NCBI GenBank assembly: GCA_016186395.1 | Contig: JACPLU010000002.1 | Span: 11,470-75,469, forward strand | Origin: Parcubacteria group bacterium | Lineage (GTDB): Bacteria; Patescibacteriota; Minisyncoccia; 2-02-FULL-40-12 | Direction of reading: 5' to 3' | Length of the DNA: 64,000 bases | Shown here: positions 1 to 8,508 of the stretch, piece after piece | Layout of the letters: each line of letters begins with the position of its first letter | Numbering within the stretch: position 1 is the stretch's first letter | Program-made: the position numbers and the translations under genes | The notes under the pieces: model-generated | The model's database searches: none | What the model was told of the DNA's origin: nothing | What the model saw: only the letters and a program-made list of their open reading frames with translations

Positions 1-211
1 AACGGCGGACATGGTAAAAGACAAAACAATTGTAATTGATTTTGGATTCAATGAATCATTACATAACAACTCCACTACTATTTCTGGTGACGTTGAATTT
101 GAGTCAGTTTCTAAAAAAGCGTCTTGGATTACACCGGTTCCTGGAGGTGTTGGGCCAATTGTAATTGCCTCTGTTTTAAAAAATTTAGTGACATTGTCCA
201 ATATCCTCTGA
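1..211 (+). CDS. folD: C-terminal fragment of bifunctional methylene-THF dehydrogenase/cyclohydrolase (FolD), 5' truncated by window edge
   Basis: Translation ends ...ASWITPVPGGVGPIVIASVLKNLV, matching the conserved FolD C-terminal VTPVPGGVGPMT motif; ORF open to position 1. Confidence 0.5.
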   Translation, partial: TADMVKDKTIVIDFGFNESLHNNSTTISGDVEFESVSKKASWITPVPGGVGPIVIASVLKNLVTLSNIL

Positions 212-312
212 ACTAACAGATGGCACCGCATCCCATTCTATTTACATTGCCAAAAAAATGATTCGGAACTAGACTTAAACAAGAATCAAAAAGCTCTTTT
301 AAAAGGTGGCCC

Positions 313-1629
313 ATGAAAAAGTATTTTGCTGTATTTTTGTTTATTTTACTAATTCCAGTTTTTGCTCCTATCTCTGCTCAAGAAAAAAATGAGAAAGCAC
401 AAACCCCGGAACCAACTCAATCTAAATTAAAACTATCTAAAAACCCTCTTTCACTTCTAGAGGTTGACCCAACCAGAGACTTCATAAAAGAACTCGATGA
501 GTTAACTACTGCATGGATATTGCGAAAAAAAGAACTGGAAGATAAAAAACAAAACCAACAACTAAAAAACGAGCAAGAAATTTATAATTCCCAAAAGATT
601 TTGATTGAAAACGACAGAAACTGGACAAAAACAAAAAGGGAGTTAGAAAATAAATTAAAAGATCCAAATTTCAAATACATTGATCTTGATTCAATTGGTG
701 ACAAGAAAAAAGGTGTTTGGCTTGTCTCGCTTGAAAAAGAAGCCCGACTGGGTGCTGAAATTGATCAAATGTTAATACAAACACTAAAACCCGTTGAGAA
801 TCCAGTAATTAATACTTACATCCACACGTTGGTGGCAAACCTTGCCCAGAATTCTGATGCTAAAAAGTTATTTCCCGAAATCCATACGAAAGTCCTAGAA
901 TCACCTGAAGTAAATGCTCTTACAACCTTTGGTGGATACCTCTATGTAAATATAGGCTTAATACTGGAAGCAGAAAATGAAGCCCAGCTTGCAGGAGTGT
1001 TAGCACATGAAATAGCGCATATCGGCAAAAGGCATGCTGCCGGAAACTTATCAAAAGCTTACTTGGTTCAATTACCAATTAGAATAGCCGGGAGAGTTTT
1101 TGGAGGGATACTCGGAGGAATAGGCTCTGACATTTTGGCGGCAAAGATTGGCATAGACAAAGGAAAGGAAAGTGAAGCCGACAAATTAGGCATGTCGTAT
1201 GCGGCCAAAACTGGTTTTGATCCATTAGGATTTTTGCAGTTTTTTTCCAACCTTGCCGAAAAAAATAAAAAACGCCCAGGATGGCTAGCTGGATTTTTTG
1301 CAACCCATCCTTCGGCTGATGACCGATTTAACCAGAATCGCATAACCACGTTATATGTATTAAAAAAATTGGATAAGGAAGAATATGTTTTAAACTCTAC
1401 GGCATTTATGCAAATCCAAACCCTTACAAGACGCCTTTATGGAGCGACTACTACACAACAAATGAATAAACAGTCGCAAGAACGCGGACGTCCGACATTA
1501 AGACGCAAGGCACCCGACACCAATCCGCCAGACAAAACCGATCAAAATAAACCTGATCCTGATTCAGAAAAAGACAAAAAAGAACCGCCACCAACGTTAA
1601 AACGAAGACAGCCAGAAGAAAAACCATAA
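313..1629 (+). CDS. Secreted M48-family zinc metallopeptidase with Lys/Pro/Asp-rich low-complexity C-terminal tail
   Basis: N-terminal signal peptide; HEIAH zinc-binding motif (AHEIAHIGKRHA); C-terminus KPDPDSEKDKKEPPPTLKRRQPEEKP. Confidence 0.6.
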   Translation: MKKYFAVFLFILLIPVFAPISAQEKNEKAQTPEPTQSKLKLSKNPLSLLEVDPTRDFIKELDELTTAWILRKKELEDKKQNQQLKNEQEIYNSQKILIENDRNWTKTKRELENKLKDPNFKYIDLDSIGDKKKGVWLVSLEKEARLGAEIDQMLIQTLKPVENPVINTYIHTLVANLAQNSDAKKLFPEIHTKVLESPEVNALTTFGGYLYVNIGLILEAENEAQLAGVLAHEIAHIGKRHAAGNLSKAYLVQLPIRIAGRVFGGILGGIGSDILAAKIGIDKGKESEADKLGMSYAAKTGFDPLGFLQFFSNLAEKNKKRPGWLAGFFATHPSADDRFNQNRITTLYVLKKLDKEEYVLNSTAFMQIQTLTRRLYGATTTQQMNKQSQERGRPTLRRKAPDTNPPDKTDQNKPDPDSEKDKKEPPPTLKRRQPEEKP

Positions 1630-1635
1630 ATTAAA

Positions 1636-1665
1636 CCCCCGTCATAGTGGGGTTTTTACTTTTCT
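1636..1665 (+). terminator. Rho-independent terminator after M48 peptidase gene
   Basis: aaaccccc-gtcatagt-ggggttt hairpin followed by T-run ttttactttt directly after stop codon. Confidence 0.5.
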
Positions 1666-1955
1666 ACTTTTCCAGCTCTTGTATCTTCAAATGTCTCAAA
1701 TTGGATAAATATACTACAAAAATTATTGGGCTTGGTGAACAATGCCTTCTATCATCACTCGTTCGCTCAGCGAGCTCACTTCGTTCCAGCAAAATTGTGG
1801 ATTTTACTCGCAGTGTCTAAACATTATACTGCTCGCAAACCACGCAATCCACAATTTTGAAGTACTGGAAAACATTATTCACCAAGCTCTTAACAAGCTG
1901 TTGACTATTATTTTAATCTATTATATCCTCCTGGGGCTTTGTTAGAGATCGTAAA

Positions 1956-2050
1956 AAAACCGCCGTGGAGGGCATCTGATTTGCCAAGCAATGCTCTTTA
2001 GAGCAACACTTGGTTTGTTTCCTAACTAAGATGCCCTCCACGGCGGTTTT
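1956..2050. repeat. 95-nt nested perfect inverted repeat (22-bp outer stem, two inner stems)
   Basis: aaaaccgccgtggagggcatct ... agatgccctccacggcggtttt perfect 22-bp arms; inside ccaag..cttgg and gctct-tt-agagc. Confidence 0.5.
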
Positions 2051-2936
2051 ATAATTTAATTGATGATAATTCTAAACCCGCTCCTCTAATTATATTCTCT
2101 TGACCCCGCCCTTGAAAAGCACAAGCAACAGGAGTTGCTAATTATGAATAGGGTTTACTTTACTTAATAACGAAGGCATAAGTTTTATAAAATTTTCTGT
2201 TTTCAGTATAAAAGCCAATATTTTCCAAGAGCGGGGTTGACAAGATTTTCGCTACATATATACTTTTAGAAAAGCTTAAACATCTCGCAGGGAAACCGAG
2301 ATTCATAAGTAAAATAATGGCAAATTGTCCTTGTGAGATTTTATTTTGTTTTTGAGAACCGTTTTTATGTTGGACGGTTTTTTGTTGTTTTAAAAATTTA
2401 AAAAATATAGACAAAATAGGACGACTTGCTACGGTTTAACAATTCATAATCCATTCATCATCCTATACATACACTTAAATCCGGAAACTTTAAAAAGGTA
2501 AGTTATTGAGCCTAGACGCAATCAAAGAAGCTGTCCGGAAAGTTTCTTTCGCAGCGAAATCTTATAATTTTGAGTAAAGGCGAAGGTTCACGCAAAGGAA
2601 CCTCTGCGGGAATCGCCTCCGAGAGAAGCGAAGATTGAGGAAGAATAGTTTATACTATTCAGACGAGATATTCGCTTCTTGCAGCCAAAATTAGAAGATT
2701 GCAGCCGAATATGGACTTTTCGGATAGCTTCTAAAGGAAACAGGTCTGCGTTTGGGCTTTATTCCCTTATCCATTGGCTGCCTCCACCGAGTCAAACTCG
2801 GTTAATGGAGCGTAGTCATGGAGGTAACCAAAAATAAATGAATAAAGTCGGTCGATCAAAAAAGTGTTTATTTAATAATTTGTAAGTTAGGTGATTAAAA
2901 AAATAATTTAACTTATAAAAAAACAAAACAATAAAT

Positions 2937-3779
2937 ATGACTAAAAAAATACTATTAAGTTCAGTAGTAGTTGTGGCCGCCGCCGCTGTGGTAGTTGGCG
3001 CAACAACTGCTTTCTTTAGCGATACGGAAACCTCAACCGGTAATACGTTTACCGCGGGAGCGATTGACCTTCAAATTGACAATGATTCTTATTACAGTGC
3101 TTTGGATGGACTTGTAAGCTCTGGCACATCTTGGATTCAGAAAGACCTTGAAGATGGCGACTGGTTTTTCAACTTTTCTGACCTTAAACCAGGCGACTGG
3201 GGTGAGGATACGATTTCGCTTCACGTAAACAACAACGATGCGTATGCGTGTGTTGATGTTCGTCTTGATTCAAATGATGATGTTTCATCAACCGAACCAG
3301 AGCTTGAAGATGGTGACGTCCACGTCGATGATAATCCGGAAGGCGAATTGGCAAACCGTGTAAACTTCATCTGGTGGGTAGATGATGGCGATAATGTATG
3401 GGAAGATGACGAACAACTCTTGCCAGCAGGTCCTTTAGGTAATCTAAACGTTGGTCAAGTTGCGACGGTTGCTTTAGCAGAACCAAATAACGGAGGTATC
3501 TTTGGCGGAGCTTTGACTGGTAACCAAACTTACTACATCGGCAAGGCATGGTGCTTTGGTGGTTTTAATGAAGATTGGCTCGATGATCCACCGGCACAAG
3601 ATGACGGTGAAGATGCAGACAGGAGTCCGATTACTCATCCTGTCGTTTGTGACGGTTCTGGTGAGGACAATCAAACTCAAACCGACAGCTTATCTGCAAC
3701 CATCAGTTTTTATGCCGAGCAAGCCAGAAATAACGACGGTTTCGAGTGCTCTGCGCATCTCGGAAACCAACTGGACTAA
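2937..3779 (+). CDS. TasA/camelysin-like secreted protein with SipW-cognate signal peptide
   Basis: N-term MTKKILLSSVVVVAAAAVVVGATTAFFSDTETSTGNTFTAGAIDL (AFFxDxE...FTAGxIDL class); FNFSDLKPGDWGED resembles TasA core; adjacent to SipW-type peptidase. Confidence 0.6.
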   Translation: MTKKILLSSVVVVAAAAVVVGATTAFFSDTETSTGNTFTAGAIDLQIDNDSYYSALDGLVSSGTSWIQKDLEDGDWFFNFSDLKPGDWGEDTISLHVNNNDAYACVDVRLDSNDDVSSTEPELEDGDVHVDDNPEGELANRVNFIWWVDDGDNVWEDDEQLLPAGPLGNLNVGQVATVALAEPNNGGIFGGALTGNQTYYIGKAWCFGGFNEDWLDDPPAQDDGEDADRSPITHPVVCDGSGEDNQTQTDSLSATISFYAEQARNNDGFECSAHLGNQLD

Positions 3780-3967
3780 TTCTAGTTTATCCCACACACA
3801 AAATTTATGTGTGGGATATCAAAGGCGAAAAGAACTTACGATGTTAAAGATAATAAAAAATATGTCATCCGCCTACGCCATACCTACTTCGCTAAAGCTA
3901 CGAAGGTCGAGGTAGGCTTCGGCGAGATGCTCATATTTGCAGCTATTCGCTGCGCTTATAGGCAAAT

Positions 3968-4765
3968 ATGTCAAAAATAACTTTGAGTTTAAGTGTCATT
4001 GCCGCCGCCGCAGTTGTGGTGGTGGGGGCGACAACCGCCTTTTTCAATGACACAGAGACTTCAACTGGAAATGTCTTCACGGCCGGATCAATTGACCTTA
4101 CCGTAGATAGCTTTGGAGCAACTTATAACGGTGAGGATATCGAAACAGCTGGCACAACATGGACTGCTAGAGACTTAACTAATCAGAAGTTCTTTACTTT
4201 TGAGGACATTAAGCCCGGCGATTATGGCACTCGCCATATCAGTGTGCATGCGGATGATAATCCGGCATGGGCATGTCTTCTTGTGACAAACAAGGAAGAT
4301 GACGAAAATGGTCTTAATGAGGCTGAAGGAGATGCGGGTGATGTAACGGAAAACAATGGTGAGCTTTCAAAATATATCAGCGTTTTCGGATGGCAGGATG
4401 ATGACTCTAATGGGAAATATAATCCGGACGACGATGAGACGCCTCTGAAAATTCAAGGAGATCCAGATTTTGATCTGCTTTCCTTCTTCGATGTTTTCTA
4501 CGATCTTGACATCGCCGATTCGCAATCAGAAACAGATGCACTTTCGCCCACTGGCGGTGCATCAACGCGCAATATTGGAGTTGCATGGTGTGTTGGAACG
4601 CAGACAGTTAACCATGATACGGGAGTAATTTCGTGTGACGGCAGTGGCGTACAAGACGATGCTCAATCTGATTCATTCAGCGCGGATGTAGTTTTGTATG
4701 CAGAACAAGTTAGAAATAACCCTAACTTCAAATGTGCAGATGTTGAACTTCCAGAACGAGATTAA
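3968..4765 (+). CDS. TasA/camelysin-like secreted protein paralog with SipW-cognate signal peptide
   Basis: N-term ...VVVVGATTAFFNDTETSTGNVFTAGSIDL; shared C-terminal YAEQxRNN motif with preceding gene. Confidence 0.6.
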   Translation: MSKITLSLSVIAAAAVVVVGATTAFFNDTETSTGNVFTAGSIDLTVDSFGATYNGEDIETAGTTWTARDLTNQKFFTFEDIKPGDYGTRHISVHADDNPAWACLLVTNKEDDENGLNEAEGDAGDVTENNGELSKYISVFGWQDDDSNGKYNPDDDETPLKIQGDPDFDLLSFFDVFYDLDIADSQSETDALSPTGGASTRNIGVAWCVGTQTVNHDTGVISCDGSGVQDDAQSDSFSADVVLYAEQVRNNPNFKCADVELPERD

Positions 4766-4853
4766 TTTGAAGTCTTTTATCCAGCCTCTGCGTGTCAGGG
4801 GCTGGGGATAAAGACCTCAATATACCAACATCGTAAGACGAAGACGGCTTACG

Positions 4854-5399
4854 ATGTTAAGAGAAATGCAAAAATTTAAGAAAATAGCTTCTAGAATATT
4901 GACGGGATTACTAATCGCCTTGGCGGTGGTTTTGGTTGTGCCGATGCTACCGATTCCGGGCAATTTTCAGATAAGAGTGGTCCAGTCAGGGTCAATGGAA
5001 CCGGCGATTAAAACCGGAAGCGTGGTTTTGATTAAACCCTTAAGCAATTACAAAATAGGTGATGTAATCACTTTTGAAGGTAACTTTAAAGACGCAAAAG
5101 GAAAGAAAATTCCGACTACCCACCGAATCACCGATGCCAAAGTTGATGTCGGCACTATTTCTTATCAGACAAAGGGCGATGCTAATGACGATATTGACCG
5201 AAACTTGGTTTCTGCCAACAAAGTTATCGGAAAGGTTTTAGTTTCAGTCCCCTACGCCGGTTATCTGGTGGCGGGAGCCAAGACTGGCTATGGTTTGCTT
5301 GCGATTGTAGTAATTCCCGCCGCTCTTATTATTTTTGATCAGGTCGGCAAAATAGTAAAAGAAATTAAAAAGTCAAAAAATGCCCAGAAAATCGTCTAA
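4854..5399 (+). CDS. sipW: Signal peptidase I, archaeal/eukaryotic (SipW, S26B) type
   Basis: N-terminal TM then VVQSGSMEPAIKTGSVVLIKP (SGSMEP hallmark of SipW-type SPase); C-terminal TM anchor; sits between cognate-signal substrates. Confidence 0.75.
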   Translation: MLREMQKFKKIASRILTGLLIALAVVLVVPMLPIPGNFQIRVVQSGSMEPAIKTGSVVLIKPLSNYKIGDVITFEGNFKDAKGKKIPTTHRITDAKVDVGTISYQTKGDANDDIDRNLVSANKVIGKVLVSVPYAGYLVAGAKTGYGLLAIVVIPAALIIFDQVGKIVKEIKKSKNAQKIV

Positions 5400-5658
5400 A
5401 ATAAAAGGGGTTAAACCTCTTCGATATGCTCAAAGCAAGTCAAGAGTTTTAAACAAAAAAATTAAAGCGAGGAAGGCGCAAAGTTTTTGGCTTGCCCTAA
5501 TTCGTGACTTAATTCATGGAAAGTATAATCGAACCAGTATATTGAAAGGGTTTAACTTTGATACTTCTACTTGGTTCGACAAGCTCACCACAAGATGGTT
5601 TGACATAATTCACCATAAGTCGTTCAGTACAAGTTTTATTAAATCTTTAAAAAAAGTA

Positions 5659-7152
5659 ATGACCTCCCTCGCGATTTTCATGTTGGTTGTCGGAATGAAT
5701 TTTACCGGACTTTGGGCAGTGGGAACAACTGTCGCTTATTTCAATGACATAGAGACGGCGTCTAATAACGAACTCACTGCCGGATATCTTGATTTTTCCT
5801 TGAGTGAATACACATTTGAAAGTTCAATCGGGCTAGATGAGACGATTTCAAAAAACACGGTTTTAGTTAACGGCGGAGGAATGGACTTTCAGTATACTTT
5901 AGAAGCGGAGGAAATAGCTGACGTAGATGGTTTTTGCGGAGCGCTTAATCTGCAGACCAAACTTAACGGAGTAGCACAATATGACGGCAACTTAATGTCG
6001 TTGGCTACTCCGGCTTCGACTGTTTTGGGAACCTGGCAATTCAATATTGAATTACCGGTTGATGAAACTTCATTTATAAACGGCGAAGAATGCCAGTTTG
6101 ATGTTGTATTCAAGGGCTGGCAAACAAATGTCGCTTCTTACGACGATGGTGGGTTTAACGACGAGGAAAGAATGACTTTTACTATTACGGCCGGCAAAAT
6201 GGTGGTTCTAAACGAATTTTTACCAAATCCCGACGGCTTTGCTTATGGTTTTGATTTTGGAAATGACAGCGATGATATGCCCCAAGGTGAATGGGTTGAA
6301 CTGTACAATAATAGCACTGGAGCGATTGACTTGGCCGGCTGGTACTTAAGAGACGCCACAGAAGGCGAGGGCAACAAAACAAACATAACCGCTCTAAATA
6401 CGGCTCCGGCCACAACAACTATTGCCGGCAAAAGTTGGTTAGTAGTTTACATGAACAAAGCCATTTACAATAATACCGGCGATACAGTCAGATTATTTGA
6501 CGACTCAAATACTTTAGTTGACTCGCACACATATGATGTAAGCGATTTCTGTGAAATTGAACCAAGCCCCGGAGCATCAAATTCAGAAGATGCTTTCGAA
6601 GGTGACTGTCCCAATGTTCCACCGAATAAATCGTATGCCAGAATTCCCGATGGTATCGGCGATTGGGTTGACCCTATTCCGACCCCGGGCGGGGTTAATA
6701 TTCTTGAGAATGAAGCAGGCGAGTATATTTACAGCGAGAGCAGTATTAGTTTTGAAGAAATAATGGTTGAACAAGAAGAGGTGTTGATTAACGAGGAAAC
6801 AACAACACCCGGAGAAGAAAATGCTATTGCCGAAGAAGAAGTTATAACCGAGGGAGAGGAAGCGACAGTGACTGAAGAAGAGACTATTGTTGAAGAAGAA
6901 GCAACCAATGATGCCGAAGAAATTACAGTTGAAGAAGAAACTGTAGTGGAAGAAGAAACTATTATTGAGGAAAATGTTGTTGACGGATCACCGGCTGATG
7001 AAGAAGACGTTATAACAGGAGAAAATATTATTATTGAAGAAGACATTGCGGTTGAGGAAGAACCCCCTCAAATAGAAGAAGCCACCGCAGGGCAGGCAGC
7101 TCCAGAATCAGAACTAGAATCAACTGGTAACGAAAACAATGAAACTATTTAA
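5659..7152 (+). CDS. Secreted lamin-tail-domain (LTD) protein with SipW-cognate signal peptide and poly-acidic Glu-rich C-terminal repeats
   Basis: Internal Met start MTSLAIFMLVVGMNFTGLWAVGTTVAYFNDIETASNNELTAGYLDF; LTD signature LNEFLPNPDG...WVELYN...AIDLAGWYLRD; tail EEETIVEEEATNDAEEITVEEETVVEEE. The ORF is open from 5380 (overlapping sipW), so the start is uncertain. Confidence 0.5.
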   Translation: MTSLAIFMLVVGMNFTGLWAVGTTVAYFNDIETASNNELTAGYLDFSLSEYTFESSIGLDETISKNTVLVNGGGMDFQYTLEAEEIADVDGFCGALNLQTKLNGVAQYDGNLMSLATPASTVLGTWQFNIELPVDETSFINGEECQFDVVFKGWQTNVASYDDGGFNDEERMTFTITAGKMVVLNEFLPNPDGFAYGFDFGNDSDDMPQGEWVELYNNSTGAIDLAGWYLRDATEGEGNKTNITALNTAPATTTIAGKSWLVVYMNKAIYNNTGDTVRLFDDSNTLVDSHTYDVSDFCEIEPSPGASNSEDAFEGDCPNVPPNKSYARIPDGIGDWVDPIPTPGGVNILENEAGEYIYSESSISFEEIMVEQEEVLINEETTTPGEENAIAEEEVITEGEEATVTEEETIVEEEATNDAEEITVEEETVVEEETIIEENVVDGSPADEEDVITGENIIIEEDIAVEEEPPQIEEATAGQAAPESELESTGNENNETI

Positions 7153-8326
7153 TAAAACAAAATTTATAAAGTTTGTAACATTCTTCACTCTAGTGGGGAT
7201 GTTTATAGCTGGGCCTTCTTATGCCGCTCCAGATGACTTAGTTGTTAATTTTGAGAGCACACCATTGTTCAACGAAGCTAACTTTTTGCCCGGTAACATC
7301 GTTACCAGAACAGTAGAAGTTACCAATAACACTGACAGCTCCAAAGATATCATTGTTGAATCAATAAATGTTACTGACCCTGACAATTTTGCTAGTGCCT
7401 TAAATCTAGTTATTAGCAAAGGTGATGACGAGCTGTATAACGACACTTTGGCTAATTTCTTTGATGCCGGTGAGGTTAATCTTTCTTCGGTAACTGGTTC
7501 AGGTGGTTCAACTACTTACAGTTTTGCGGTTTCGTTTATTTCTGGTTCTGGCAACGACTATCAGGAAAACGAACTTGGTTTTGATATTGTAGTTGGTTTT
7601 GCGGGCGAGGGTGGAAACGAAGACGGAGAAAACGGCGGTAATGGTGGAGGCGGTGGTGGAAACGGAGGTGGCGGTATTGATGCTTTGACAATTCTTAATG
7701 AAACTGTCCGAGCTTTAGACATAGAAACAACAAGTGTTACTATTGTTTGGGACACAAGCTATCGTTCAACCAGCCGAGTAGTCTATGGCACCAGCCCAAA
7801 TTTATTTGATTTTAATAGCGCTCCAAATTATGGGTATCCGCTCTCTACTGCCGAACTGGACAGCCCCGCATCAACAAATGGAACATTTAATCATTCAGTC
7901 GCCATTACAGGTCTTGCATCGGGTACTACCTACTATTTTAGGGCTATATCTCACGCCTCACCCGATACACTAAGTTTCGAAAAAACCTTTGTTACTCTTG
8001 GTTTAAATAATCAAACGGTTAATGCTGGTGAAACAGGAGAAGTTATTGGGACACAGAATTCTAGCACGGGTAGAACAAACCCAAGCGGGCAATCTGATGT
8101 AGCTGGCGTAGCTGATATAATACAGAATAACTCAATTGACGGAGAAACTAATGGCTCTGGTCAGACCGACAATTCTACTAACAATGAAAAGAGTGCAACA
8201 GAAAACCTCACAGCTAATATCGGTGGAGTATTTAAATCAGTAAGCTGGTGGTGGCTGATTATACTGTTTGCTGTTGTTGTATTTTTAATCATTTACTTAA
8301 ACCGCAAAAAGAAATTAAATTCCTAA
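7139..8326 (+). CDS. Secreted TasA-core-like / FN3-domain protein with poly-Gly tract and C-terminal transmembrane anchor
   Basis: Signal peptide ending SYAAP; NFLPGNIVTRTVEVTNN resembles TasA core; FN3-like TTSVTIVWDT...GTTYYFRAIS; GGNGGGGGGNGGGG; C-term WWWLIILFAVVVFLIIYLNRKKK. Confidence 0.4.
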   Translation: MKLFNKTKFIKFVTFFTLVGMFIAGPSYAAPDDLVVNFESTPLFNEANFLPGNIVTRTVEVTNNTDSSKDIIVESINVTDPDNFASALNLVISKGDDELYNDTLANFFDAGEVNLSSVTGSGGSTTYSFAVSFISGSGNDYQENELGFDIVVGFAGEGGNEDGENGGNGGGGGGNGGGGIDALTILNETVRALDIETTSVTIVWDTSYRSTSRVVYGTSPNLFDFNSAPNYGYPLSTAELDSPASTNGTFNHSVAITGLASGTTYYFRAISHASPDTLSFEKTFVTLGLNNQTVNAGETGEVIGTQNSSTGRTNPSGQSDVAGVADIIQNNSIDGETNGSGQTDNSTNNEKSATENLTANIGGVFKSVSWWWLIILFAVVVFLIIYLNRKKKLNS

Positions 8327-8376
8327 AATTATATATATATAAACCTTTTACAAAAATCTAACCTTCACACCTTTTA

Positions 8377-8450
8377 TGTCCCCGGCAGGAGTTGAACCTG
8401 CAACCTTTTGGTTCGAAGCCAAACGCTCTATCCAATTGAGCTACGGGGAC
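8377..8450 (-). tRNA. tRNA-Arg (anticodon TCG)
   Basis: Reverse complement GTCCCCGTAGCTCAATTGGATAGAGCGTTTGGCTTCGAACCAAAAGGTTGCAGGTTCAACTCCTGCCGGGGACA folds as cloverleaf; anticodon loop CTTCGAA; A20 and A73. Confidence 0.85.
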
Positions 8451-8508
8451 AAATTTAGCTTTATTTAATCCTAAATCTTGCTTTTAAGCAAGATTTAGAG
8501 TTGCCAAA

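Noticed and set aside
1742-1945. 67-aa plus-strand ORF
   Set aside because: It has no RBS, is hydrophobic and low-complexity, and lies in a hairpin-rich non-coding stretch (inverted repeat caaaattgtgg/ccacaattttg), so it is probably not a gene
2420-2830. Possible tmRNA, RNase P RNA or SRP RNA
   Set aside because: A GUCCGGAAAG segment and a CCUCCACC segment were checked. The SRP domain IV geometry (GGAA tetraloop closed by UCC/GGA plus the AGCAGC strand), the RNase P P4 sequences and the tmRNA T-arm/acceptor end are all absent. A structured RNA of unknown class is still possible
6729-7046. Ser-rich 105-aa minus-strand ORF
   Set aside because: It is the reverse-complement reading of the GAA-rich acidic repeat tract of the LTD protein
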